This document shows, in pieces, positions 1 to 8,543 of a stretch of 64,000 bases of DNA. Made by a program: the position numbers and the translations under genes. This DNA comes from an uncultured Oscillospiraceae bacterium (lineage in GTDB: Bacteria > Bacillota > Clostridia > Christensenellales > Aristaeellaceae): assembly GCA_964345215.1 (NCBI GenBank), contig CAYFQH010000003.1, forward strand, positions 4,324-68,323, written 5' to 3'. The notes under the pieces are model-generated. The model was not told the origin of the DNA and searched no databases. It saw only the letters and a program-made list of their open reading frames with translations. The first letter of the stretch is position 1. Each line of letters starts with the position of its first letter.

Positions 1-945
1 GTCCTCATTTTAATCGGTAGCATTTTAACCGTTGGAGCTTTGGTGTTGGGGGGCATGTATATTTACCAAAATGTGGTTATATCCACTCAAGTACCAGAAT
101 TGTTTGGGGAGGAGGGGACCCGGGCAGCGGAGCTAATTCGCCAGGCAGGCCTTGTTGGCGAGAGCCATGAGATTTTAAACGAAGGTGTTGCTGCGGGAAA
201 GGTTATTTTTCAAAGCCCCTCGTCGGGGGAGCGGATTAAAAAGGGGGAAACCGTGATTTATTTTGTCTCTGCCGGCCGGGATGAACTGATAATACCCAGC
301 TTAGAGGGCATGACCAGAGAAAGCGCTACCCCTATGCTTAGCACCATGGGTATGGTGTTGGAAATTGCCGACAGGGTTTTATCCGATGAGAAGATCGATA
401 CCATTTTGGAACAGTCCCCTGGGGCAGGGACGCAAGGGGAAATTGGGCAGGTGGTCCAGGTTGTCCTTTCAGGAGGAAGGGCGCTGATGCCGGAAGTGTG
501 TGGAGGCGATTTGCAGCAGGCCCGGGACGCTTTAACGGGATTTGATCTGTCCATGTTGAGGTTAAAAGGAGTGCAGAGCAATAAAAACAGGCAAAATGGC
601 ATGATTGTGGAACAATTTCCTACGGTAGGAAGCGAAACCATGCTGCGCACCTCCATTACCTTAACCATTGCCCAGGACCGGTGGCAGCCATACCAAGGGC
701 TGATTTCACGCCAGATACCAGCTTTGGATACTGAAGCGAAGGTGCGGGTGATTCTGGTTACCACAGAGGGAGAAGAAATCCTTCAGTGGGAAGAAACTCA
801 GCCTGCAGGAAAACCCCTACAGCTGTTGGGCCTTTTATATCATAGCCAGGGGGGCATGTATACGTATAAAATTTATCAAAATGATGAGCTGCTAATGGAG
901 GAGCGTATTAACTTAATAGAGGAGGATGCTGGTGGAGCAGCTTAA
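1..945 (+). CDS. prkC: Ser/Thr protein kinase, C-terminal part (TM helix, three PASTA-like repeats, C-terminal beta-rich domain); 5' end lies outside the window
   Basis: Frame 1 is open from base 1 (VLILIGSILTVGALVLGG = TM segment), so the ORF-track start at 40 is an artefact. Three ~65-aa repeats have a PASTA-like pattern. Classic prkC-rsgA-rpe synteny follows. Confidence 0.75.
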   Translation, partial: VLILIGSILTVGALVLGGMYIYQNVVISTQVPELFGEEGTRAAELIRQAGLVGESHEILNEGVAAGKVIFQSPSSGERIKKGETVIYFVSAGRDELIIPSLEGMTRESATPMLSTMGMVLEIADRVLSDEKIDTILEQSPGAGTQGEIGQVVQVVLSGGRALMPEVCGGDLQQARDALTGFDLSMLRLKGVQSNKNRQNGMIVEQFPTVGSETMLRTSITLTIAQDRWQPYQGLISRQIPALDTEAKVRVILVTTEGEEILQWEETQPAGKPLQLLGLLYHSQGGMYTYKIYQNDELLMEERINLIEEDAGGAA

Positions 946-1822
946 ACGAGGCAGAATTATTGAAGGCCGGGGCGGCTTTTATACTGTTGCCGACAGTATA
1001 GAAAAAAAGCAGCATGTCCTTCGGGCCAGGGGCCGTTTCCGCAAAGAAAAAATTAAACCCCTAGTGGGTGATCGGGTTACATTTTATGAGCCCAAGGAGG
1101 AAGAGGAAGGCTGGATTGAAGAAATTCTGCCTAGGTCTTCCGAGCTGGTTCGCCCACCGGCTGCCAACATTGAGCTGATGTTGATTACCTTTTCACCCTC
1201 CCCCATGGTTGACCTGCTGTTGATCGACAAAATGCTTGTTCGGGCCCGGCAGGAAAACATTCAATGCCTGCTTGTTTATAATAAGGCCGATGTAGATCAA
1301 ACCCTGGCCGGTGAAATACACCGACAATATGCCGGAGCCCAGGCTCCCTTTTACCAGGTAAGTGCTGTTAAAAGAGAGGGGTTAAAAGAACTGCGGGAGG
1401 CTATGAAGGGAAAACTATGCTGCATGGCCGGCCAGTCCGGTGTGGGCAAAAGCACTCTTTTAAACGAACTGTTAAATATTGATCTGGAAACAGGTTCCAT
1501 CAGCCAAAAAACCGAGCGGGGCAAACATACAACCCGGCATACTACCCTGATTGAAAAAGATGGACTGATGGTGCTGGACACTCCTGGCTTTAGCCTATTG
1601 GACTTAGACAAAAAAATGGAACCGGTTGACCTGCAAAAATACTACCCTGAGTTTGAACCTTATAGGCAAGCTTGTTATTTTCAGCCTTGTTACCATCAAA
1701 CAGAGCCGAAATGTGCCGTTATAAAAGGCATGAAGGAAGGGGAGATACACCCCAAGCGCATGGAGCGTTATTGGGCATTGCTTGAAGAAACGAAAGAAAA
1801 TTGGAGGGGCCGATATGATTAA
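926..1822 (+). CDS. rsgA: ribosome small-subunit-dependent GTPase A
   Basis: GQSGVGKSTLLN P-loop, DTPGF, C-terminal Cys/His zinc cluster (CYFQPCYHQTEPKC). Overlaps the kinase stop. Start could be GTG 932. Confidence 0.9.
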   Translation: MLVEQLKRGRIIEGRGGFYTVADSIEKKQHVLRARGRFRKEKIKPLVGDRVTFYEPKEEEEGWIEEILPRSSELVRPPAANIELMLITFSPSPMVDLLLIDKMLVRARQENIQCLLVYNKADVDQTLAGEIHRQYAGAQAPFYQVSAVKREGLKELREAMKGKLCCMAGQSGVGKSTLLNELLNIDLETGSISQKTERGKHTTRHTTLIEKDGLMVLDTPGFSLLDLDKKMEPVDLQKYYPEFEPYRQACYFQPCYHQTEPKCAVIKGMKEGEIHPKRMERYWALLEETKENWRGRYD

Positions 1823-2450
1823 GGTAGCTGCATCAGTCTTAGCGGCAGATATACTACACCTGGGCAATGAAGTTGAAAGACTGGAAAGGATCCACTGTGA
1901 TTGGGTTCATGTAGATGTGATGGACGGGAGTTTTGTACCCAACCTTTCCTATGGGCCCCATGTGGTGCAGGCCCTTAGGGAAAAAACTGATTTGATTTTG
2001 GATGTACACTTAATGGTTAATGAACCCCAGCGCCATGTTGAAGCCTTTGCAAAGGCCGGAGCTGATTATCTAACCATTCATTGTGAGGCAACCAAGGATC
2101 CGGGCCAGGTTTTAAAACAAATTAAAAACCTGGGCGTAAAGACAGGCATTACCTTAAAACCCGCAACCCGGATAGAAACCCTTAAAGAATACCTACCCCT
2201 TGCAGATATGGTGCTTGTAATGACCGTAGAACCCGGTTTTGGCGGCCAATCTTTTATGGAAAAAATGCTTGAAAAGGTTAAAATCCTCCGCCAATGGGGC
2301 TTTACGGGCCATGTTGAGGTAGATGGGGGCATAAACCTTTTAACTGGAGAGCAAGCGGTAAAAAGCGGCGCAGATGTGCTGGTAATGGGTACGGCCTTAT
2401 TTAAAGCCGGCGACCCAGCCATGCTGATTAAGCAAGTCCATGGGCTGTAA
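1815..2450 (+). CDS. rpe: ribulose-phosphate 3-epimerase
   Basis: Start moved to ATG 1815 (MIKVAASVLAAD). Motifs HVDVMDGSFVPN and TVEPGFGGQ. Confidence 0.95.
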   Translation: MIKVAASVLAADILHLGNEVERLERIHCDWVHVDVMDGSFVPNLSYGPHVVQALREKTDLILDVHLMVNEPQRHVEAFAKAGADYLTIHCEATKDPGQVLKQIKNLGVKTGITLKPATRIETLKEYLPLADMVLVMTVEPGFGGQSFMEKMLEKVKILRQWGFTGHVEVDGGINLLTGEQAVKSGADVLVMGTALFKAGDPAMLIKQVHGL

Positions 2451-2455
2451 GAAGA

Positions 2456-3013
2456 ATGGAACAAGCTGTTTTTTATTGTGATGAACAAAAAAATATTTTT
2501 TGGGACCGGCAAAAGGCCTGTGCCTTTACAGGACACCGGCTAAAAGAACTGCCCTTTACCCAGGGCAGCAGGGAGTGGCAAGGATTTGTATGCCGGATGA
2601 ATCAAGCCCTTGATATGGAAATTAAAAGAGGGATGACCACCTTTTTGTGCGGCATGGCCCAAGGAGCAGATTTGCTGATGGGGGAAGGGGTAATTGAGAA
2701 AAAGCAGGAGTACCCCCTTACCCTGGTAGCTGCTTGCCCTTACCCAGGGCAGGCTCAAAGCTGGGGAAAGGACCAGCAGGCCCAGTACCAGAGAGTTTTA
2801 AAAAACTGTGACTATGTGTATTACTTATGCAGAACCTATGAAAAAGGCAGTTTTCATTTGCGAAATCGCTTTATGGTGGACCACAGCAACAGGCTGCTGG
2901 CTGCTTACGACGGCAGAAAAAAAGGCGGAACCTACTACACCCTAACCTATGCAAAACAAAAAGGATCCACCATCGGCTTTGTACCCCTGGTGGATCAAAT
3001 TGGGTTTTTGTAG
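2456..3013 (+). CDS. DUF1273 / SLOG-family (YpsA-like) protein
   Basis: AFTGHR...GMAQGADL...GGT pattern typical of the YpsA/DUF1273 SLOG family. Confidence 0.7.
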   Translation: MEQAVFYCDEQKNIFWDRQKACAFTGHRLKELPFTQGSREWQGFVCRMNQALDMEIKRGMTTFLCGMAQGADLLMGEGVIEKKQEYPLTLVAACPYPGQAQSWGKDQQAQYQRVLKNCDYVYYLCRTYEKGSFHLRNRFMVDHSNRLLAAYDGRKKGGTYYTLTYAKQKGSTIGFVPLVDQIGFL

Positions 3014-3016
3014 CGT

Positions 3017-3721
3017 TTAGGGCTGAATCATGGGCATGGGACGCTCCAGGCGGATGCAGCGGCCGGCAAAGGCAACGTCCTGTATATAGGCTTTTGTAAT
3101 AACAGGCTCCTTTTGGTGGCGGACTAACAAAAGGGTGGCGGTATCCATCAGTTGTATCTTGACTGGTATGTATTTGTCCCCCTGTTTTATCAGCATAATC
3201 TGCTGGTCTGCCGGGTTTTTGGTTGAAACTACCAATAAAAGGTCACCGGAAAAAATGTTAAAGCCTTCCATTTGATTATCGGGCACCTGGTAGTAAAACA
3301 CCTTATCGGGATTAAAACCTTCAATTTTTTGATCGGTAACGGGTACAAGGCGGCGGCCCTTCTCCTGCATAGATTGGTTGTATATAGGCACCCTTTTTAC
3401 CACGCTGGATAAGGCATCCAGCCAGATGGAGCCGGCAACAGGCTTTTTAGAACCTTTTTGCTGCTGCACTGTTTTGCCAGGGGACAGGGCACTCAAATCG
3501 ACTGCTGAGGCGATGTCTTCTAGAAAAAAGGAAGCCTGGTTTGACTCTTCAAGGCCAATGTTTTTTAAAATCCGCCGGGCCTGTTCGTCTTGAATAATTC
3601 TTTTTCCAGCTTCCACTTCCTGCAAATATTTTTCAGATACACCGGATTTTTTTGCAAGGCTTTTAATCGAAATATTTTTACGCATCCGTTCCATTTGAAT
3701 TAAGTTGCCCAGTCTGCTCAT
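3017..3721 (-). CDS. XRE-family HTH regulator with a LexA/CI (S24)-like C-terminal domain that lacks the catalytic Ser/Lys
   Basis: N-terminal HTH (ISIKSLAKKSGVSEKYLQEVEAGKR). The C-terminus aligns by eye with the S24 fold (VPDNQMEGFNIFSGDLLLV ... AFAGRCIRLER). Start placed at the ATG 8 nt after GGTGAGG (M4 of the track ORF). Confidence 0.6.
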   Translation of the reverse strand: MSRLGNLIQMERMRKNISIKSLAKKSGVSEKYLQEVEAGKRIIQDEQARRILKNIGLEESNQASFFLEDIASAVDLSALSPGKTVQQQKGSKKPVAGSIWLDALSSVVKRVPIYNQSMQEKGRRLVPVTDQKIEGFNPDKVFYYQVPDNQMEGFNIFSGDLLLVVSTKNPADQQIMLIKQGDKYIPVKIQLMDTATLLLVRHQKEPVITKAYIQDVAFAGRCIRLERPMPMIQP

Positions 3722-3896
3722 AATATTCACCTCACCCTTTCATTAAACATATTATGATATAATAATTATTATTATATGGATTGGTATTAAAAGGTCAATG
3801 GGTGAAGAAGATGAAAAAAACAATAAAAAAAGCTTGTTTTAAGCAGAAATTTAAGGTATGGTAGTTGGTAGAGGATAAAATATTTTTTTAAAAAAG

Positions 3897-3925
3897 TTGA
3901 CAAATAGAAAAAAAGAGTATACAAT
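3897..3925 (+). promoter_or_regulatory. sigma-A type promoter candidate for the Fur-family/rubrerythrin operon
   Basis: TTGACA (3897-3902), 17-nt spacer, TACAAT (3920-3925). Confidence 0.5.
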
Positions 3926-3926
3926 T

Positions 3927-3951
3927 CTTATTGATAATAAATATCAATAAG
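3927..3951. promoter_or_regulatory. Fur/PerR-box-like perfect inverted repeat (candidate autoregulatory operator)
   Basis: CTTATTGATA-ATAAA-TATCAATAAG, 10-bp perfect arms, immediately after the -10 and before the RBS. The core TGATAATAAATATCA resembles the TGATAATnATTATCA Fur-family box. Confidence 0.5.
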
Positions 3952-3965
3952 AGGAAGGGGATATA

Positions 3966-4358
3966 GTGATTAAAGATCGTAACACCATCCAAAGAGATTT
4001 GGTAAGACATGCTGTTTCAGTGCTGCCCCACCCAACAGCCGAGGAAGTATACGCCAGTATTTACCAAAAACATCCAAGTGTTAGCAAGGCAACTGTTTAC
4101 CGCAACCTAGGGGTGCTGGTGGATAAAGGCGAAATTATGCGCTTTACAACAGGGGAGGCTTCTGTGCGCTACGACCATAATCCTTCCAGGCATTATCATG
4201 CCCAATGCGAAGGGTGCGGCTGTGTCATTGATGTGTTCTTAGCTGAAGAAGAGGAAGAGACCATCCAAAAAGCAGTTGCTCAGCTGGCCCAAAAAGGTTT
4301 TACCACAGTAGACTACAGCATGATTTTTAGAGGAGTTTGTAAAGCTTGTAAATCCTAA
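3966..4358 (+). CDS. Fur-family transcriptional regulator (PerR-like by context)
   Basis: Winged-helix N-terminus (TVYRNLGVLVDKGEI), HYHAQCEGCG and C-terminal CKAC zinc cysteines. GTG start after GAGGAAGGGG. Rubrerythrin lies directly downstream. Confidence 0.85.
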   Translation: MIKDRNTIQRDLVRHAVSVLPHPTAEEVYASIYQKHPSVSKATVYRNLGVLVDKGEIMRFTTGEASVRYDHNPSRHYHAQCEGCGCVIDVFLAEEEEETIQKAVAQLAQKGFTTVDYSMIFRGVCKACKS

Positions 4359-4450
4359 GTTGATGATTCAATTTGCCAAATTTACCCTAATTTCATCGGC
4401 TCAGGCCGTGAATATAAATTTTTGTGTATTTTTATAAGGAGGAGATTCCC

Positions 4451-5005
4451 ATGATTAAAGACGTAAAGAACTTAAAAGGCAGCAAAACTTATGAAAACTT
4501 GCAAACTGCTTTTGCAGGCGAGTCACAAGCCCGCAACAAATACACCTATTATGCTTCCAAAGCAAAGAAGGAAGGCTATGAGCAGATTGCAAATCTTTTT
4601 ATTGAAACAGCCAACAACGAAAAAGAGCATGCCAAAATTTGGTTTAAGCTTTTAAATGAAGGCGAAATTGCTGACACCGCAACCAACTTAAAAGATGCTG
4701 CTGCCGGCGAGAACTATGAGTGGACCGACATGTATGCCGGTTTTGCAAAAACCGCTAAAGAAGAAGGCTTCGACTATGTAGCCATGCTGTTTGAAAAAGT
4801 AGCCGCCATTGAAAAGCATCACGAAGAGCGGTACTTAAAACTACTGGAAAACGTAAAAGAAGGCATTGTTTTCTCCCGTGATGGCGACATGATTTGGAAA
4901 TGCGAAAACTGCGGCCACCTCCATGTAGGCAAAAAAGCCCCCATGTTGTGCCCTGTTTGCGAACATCCCCAAGCCTATTTTGCTTTAGAAGTAGCCAACT
5001 ATTAA
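4451..5005 (+). CDS. rbr: rubrerythrin
   Basis: Ferritin-like diiron helices (EXXH) plus a C-terminal rubredoxin-like CENCG...CPVCEHP. Start at ATG 4451 after GGAGGAG. Confidence 0.95.
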   Translation: MIKDVKNLKGSKTYENLQTAFAGESQARNKYTYYASKAKKEGYEQIANLFIETANNEKEHAKIWFKLLNEGEIADTATNLKDAAAGENYEWTDMYAGFAKTAKEEGFDYVAMLFEKVAAIEKHHEERYLKLLENVKEGIVFSRDGDMIWKCENCGHLHVGKKAPMLCPVCEHPQAYFALEVANY

Positions 5006-5025
5006 TTTTTGGTGTGCAACCCGAG

Positions 5026-5051
5026 GCCCCTGTGTATACAGGGGCTTTTTT
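5026..5051 (+). terminator. rho-independent terminator
   Basis: GCCCCTGTG/TACAGGGGC stem followed by TTTTTT. Confidence 0.75.
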
Positions 5052-5124
5052 GTGCGCCAAAAAATAAAGAGGAGAGCCGCTTTTTTAAAAATCCGAAACA
5101 AGGGCACCATTAATAATCAAAAAG

Positions 5125-5153
5125 TTGACATTGAGTGATCAATTTTCTATATT
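5125..5153 (+). promoter_or_regulatory. promoter candidate upstream of the sugar ABC operon
   Basis: TTGACA, 17 nt, TATATT. It would give a ~280-nt leader. Confidence 0.4.
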
Positions 5154-5432
5154 AAGAGTAATGGAACAGCCTTACATATTGGCCATAAAGCAAAAAAGCT
5201 GCCCCTTGGCTGGTGGCCGCGTGAATATGTATATTGATATGAAAAGGCACTACATATCAATTCCCCACAGTTAAGTAAAAAATAGGAAAAATATAAGGCC
5301 GATATAAAAAGTCTTCGATTTTATTTTAAATATTCAAATGGAAACATTTTTTTTGCATTTGATTTAGGAATGGTGGGGCGAAGCCTCTTTTATCCATACA
5401 AATAGATATAAACCACAAAGGAGGAACAAAGG

Positions 5433-6656
5433 ATAAAAAAAACACTGGTTGCACTGTTACTAACCCTTTTTATGCTAGGGAGCTGTATAAGCGCCTTTGG
5501 TGAAGGGGAGACCATTCGGGTATGGGTTCCGCCTTATACAGGCGGGGATGCCGAGTATACTGATGAAGATTTTTGGAACGAACATTTTGACGTCTTTGAA
5601 CAAGAAAGGAACTGTACGGTAGAGGTAACCATTATTCCCTGGAGCGGCTATACCCAGAAAATCACCACGGGCATTGCCAGTGGTGAAGGCCCTGATGTGG
5701 TTTACTTAGACGGATTTTATGACTTTGTATCTTCCGGTGCTCTGGAAGAGCTAACCCCTTATTTTACAGATGAAGAAAAGGATAACCTTGTTTATTGGGA
5801 CATGGGAAAAATTTTAGACGGTCAATATGTCATGCCCATGATGGTAGGTAATGCCACAATTTTATACAGCAACATGGACATTTTAAAAGAAGCGGGGTAT
5901 GAAACCCCTCCCTCTACCTGGGAAGAGCTGATGGTTTATGCAAAGGCCATTAAAGAGAAGAACCCGGACAATTTCTCCTTTGTTCAGCCCTGGGGGAACG
6001 CCAGCGGTCAAAGCGCCTGTATGACCGGCTTTATGCCCTATTTTTGGCAAGCTGGGGGCGTGTTTTTAACAGAGGAGGGGAAGCCTAACCTAAATACCGA
6101 GGCTGGTCTTAAAACCCTTGAGTTCTTAAAAAGCTTTATAGACGAAGGGGTTTTTGATGATACCATCACCTCCGTTGGGGATGTGCCGGATTTATTTAAC
6201 AACGGAGAAGCTGCCATGGTTATGTTAAGTACTGGCGCAGCAAAAGCCATTGATAAAGCAGGCATCAACTGGGAATATAGCTTACTTGAAGGCCCCGGCG
6301 GAAAGGGTGTATGGGTTTCCGGCGACAGCTTGGCCGTTACATCAAACAGCCCTAATAAGGCATTGGCGGTCGAAGCCATGAAGTACATGCTTAGCGCCCC
6401 GGTGATGGATGAATTCCATACTAAAATTTATTCTACCTCCCCCATTACAAAAGACGCAAAGAACACCGAAAACCCCCGCTTTGCCGACCTGTATGAAAAC
6501 AATACAGAGTACTTCCATAGTTGGCCTGTATTTGAAAACTCCGAAGCTTTCTACAATATTTTATTTAAAAACATCCAGTCTATGTACATGGGGGATTTAA
6601 CACCTCAGCAGGTAATTGACAGCACCTTGGAAGAATACAGTGTTTCAATTGACTAG
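5433..6656 (+). CDS. ABC transporter substrate-binding lipoprotein (CUT1 / family 1 sugar SBP)
   Basis: SBP_bac_1-like sequence. The ATG at 5472 has no RBS and would delete the signal peptide. The in-frame ATA at 5433 sits 8 nt after AGGAGG and gives IKKTLVALLLTLFMLGSC (lipobox LGSC). Confidence 0.8.
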   Translation: MKKTLVALLLTLFMLGSCISAFGEGETIRVWVPPYTGGDAEYTDEDFWNEHFDVFEQERNCTVEVTIIPWSGYTQKITTGIASGEGPDVVYLDGFYDFVSSGALEELTPYFTDEEKDNLVYWDMGKILDGQYVMPMMVGNATILYSNMDILKEAGYETPPSTWEELMVYAKAIKEKNPDNFSFVQPWGNASGQSACMTGFMPYFWQAGGVFLTEEGKPNLNTEAGLKTLEFLKSFIDEGVFDDTITSVGDVPDLFNNGEAAMVMLSTGAAKAIDKAGINWEYSLLEGPGGKGVWVSGDSLAVTSNSPNKALAVEAMKYMLSAPVMDEFHTKIYSTSPITKDAKNTENPRFADLYENNTEYFHSWPVFENSEAFYNILFKNIQSMYMGDLTPQQVIDSTLEEYSVSID

Positions 6657-6742
6657 CTAAAACAGGCTGAAAATAACCGGGCAAGGGGGTGAAAGCCTGC
6701 CCCTTTGCCCCATTTTTGAACCATGGAAAGATGGGTAATAAA

Positions 6743-7633
6743 ATGAAAAGAAGCAAACTTTCACAGCTAAATCAACAGCGGCTCTACGGTATTTTATATA
6801 TTTTGCCTGGCATGCTCATTGTATTTGTTTTTTCTATTCTGGCTATTGTTTTGGCCTTTTACTTTAGCTTTACTAAATACAATATGCTTAGTCCTCCTGA
6901 GTTTATTGGACTTAGCAATTACGTGAACCTTTTTCAAAGCAACACTTTTTGGGCGGCCCTTAAAAATACCTTTATGTATGTTGTTATCACCGTACCCATC
7001 CAAACGTTGCTGGCTTTGGCTATTGCCTTGTTTATTGCGGGAAAACTGCAAAACCGCTATGGGGCCTTTTTAAAAAGCACCATTTTTATTCCGGTTATGA
7101 TATCAAGCATTGCCGCATCAGCTGTGTGGAGTATTATTTTTAAAACCCGGGGCGGGTTAATGAATAATTTTTTAGGCCTGTTTGCTATCAGCCCCTTAAA
7201 CTGGCTGGGAGATAAAACGCTGGCCTTTATTTGCGTGTGTATTGTAACCATTTGGAAAAATGTTGGCTACTACATGGTGATTTACTATGCGGGCATTATG
7301 GGCATCCCAAAAGAACAGGAGGAGGCAGCCATTGTTGATGGGGCCAGTGTTATGCAACGGCTTTTTTACGTTACCCTGCCCAACTTAAAACCCATTACCT
7401 ATATGGTGGTTACCCTTGGGGTAATTTCCTCTTTTCAAATATTCGACATTGTATTTCAGCTTACCGGCGGTGGGCCGGGCACAAGCACCGTTACCCTGGC
7501 CTACATGATATATAACTTTGCCTTTTCAAACAATAAAATGGGTTACGCAAGTGCCCTTGCAGTGGTGCTTTTAGTTTTTGTACTGCTGATTCACGCCCTG
7601 CAAGACCTTTTGTTTAAAGAAAAAAGGCCTTGA
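6743..7633 (+). CDS. sugar ABC transporter permease (MalF/UgpA-like)
   Basis: Six-TM BPD_transp_1 pattern, EAA loop (EEAAIVDGAS...FYVTLPNLKP). Start could be 6731. Confidence 0.9.
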   Translation: MKRSKLSQLNQQRLYGILYILPGMLIVFVFSILAIVLAFYFSFTKYNMLSPPEFIGLSNYVNLFQSNTFWAALKNTFMYVVITVPIQTLLALAIALFIAGKLQNRYGAFLKSTIFIPVMISSIAASAVWSIIFKTRGGLMNNFLGLFAISPLNWLGDKTLAFICVCIVTIWKNVGYYMVIYYAGIMGIPKEQEEAAIVDGASVMQRLFYVTLPNLKPITYMVVTLGVISSFQIFDIVFQLTGGGPGTSTVTLAYMIYNFAFSNNKMGYASALAVVLLVFVLLIHALQDLLFKEKRP

Positions 7634-7644
7634 GGTAGGAGGGG

Positions 7645-8472
7645 ATGATGATGAAAAACAAAACAAAAAAAGCCTCTTTACCTGGTGCCGTTGGCACGGT
7701 TTTGGTTAGCCTGTTTACCCTATTATGTATCGCACCTTTAATTTATATGCTGCTTATGAGCTTCACCCAGCTGCGGACCCTGAACATTCGCTTGGATGAA
7801 GTCACCTTTAACCTGCAAAACTACCGAACCATTATTTTTAGAAACTACAGCAGGGCCCTTTTAAATAGTATTTTGGTTGCGGTGCTTTCTTGTGTATGGA
7901 CCTGTTTAATTTGCGCTATGGCAGCCTATGGCTTTGAAAAAAAACCCATCCCCTTTAAAGAGCCTTTGTTTAAGCTGCTGCTGGCCACCATGATGATCCC
8001 TGGCCAGGTTACGCTGATTCCCCTTTTTTTAATTATGAAGGAAATAAAATGGCTAAACACCTACGCAGCCCTGATTATCCCCATGGCAGGGGCCTTTGGC
8101 ATTTTTATGCTCCGCCAGTTTATAAAAGGAGTAGACGATATTTATATTGAAGCCGCTCAAATCGACGGCTGCCCCGAGTGGCGTATTTTTGCCACCATCA
8201 TCCTTCCTCTGGTACAGCCGGCCCTGGTTTCCTTAACCATTTTTACCTTTGTATCGGCTTGGAACAGTTTTGTGTGGCCCCTGGTGGTAAACACAAAAAC
8301 ATCCATGTTAACCTTTCCTGTGGCCCTCTCCCTTTTAGACAGCCAGCATGATACGAACTACGGCCTGTCAATGGCAGCGGCCACGGTTTCCTTTCTGTTT
8401 CCATTTGTTTTATATGTGTTTATGCAAAAGCAGTTTGTGGAAGGTATTGCCCTGGGGGGAATCAAGGGTTAG
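7645..8472 (+). CDS. sugar ABC transporter permease (MalG/UgpE-like)
   Basis: EAA loop (EAAQIDGCPEWRIFATIILPLVQP). Three consecutive ATGs after AGGAGGGG, so the exact start is uncertain. Confidence 0.9.
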   Translation: MMMKNKTKKASLPGAVGTVLVSLFTLLCIAPLIYMLLMSFTQLRTLNIRLDEVTFNLQNYRTIIFRNYSRALLNSILVAVLSCVWTCLICAMAAYGFEKKPIPFKEPLFKLLLATMMIPGQVTLIPLFLIMKEIKWLNTYAALIIPMAGAFGIFMLRQFIKGVDDIYIEAAQIDGCPEWRIFATIILPLVQPALVSLTIFTFVSAWNSFVWPLVVNTKTSMLTFPVALSLLDSQHDTNYGLSMAAATVSFLFPFVLYVFMQKQFVEGIALGGIKG

Positions 8473-8489
8473 GATATGCAAGATGAATT

Positions 8490-8522
8490 AAAAAAGGCAA
8501 GGGGTGAAACCTTGCCTTTTTG
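8490..8522. terminator. bidirectional rho-independent terminator between convergent operons
   Basis: AAAAAAGGCAAGG-loop-CCTTGCCTTTTT, with A-tract and T-tract flanks. Confidence 0.75.
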
Positions 8523-8543
8523 TATGTAAAATGGGCAATGGGA

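Noticed and set aside
5162-5275. 37-codon ORF (MEQPYILAIKQKSCPLAGGRVNMYIDMKRHYISIPHS) in the ABC operon leader.
   Set aside because: RBS and spacing are poor (AAGAG 2 nt from the ATG), and there is no recognisable peptide family or leader-peptide logic.
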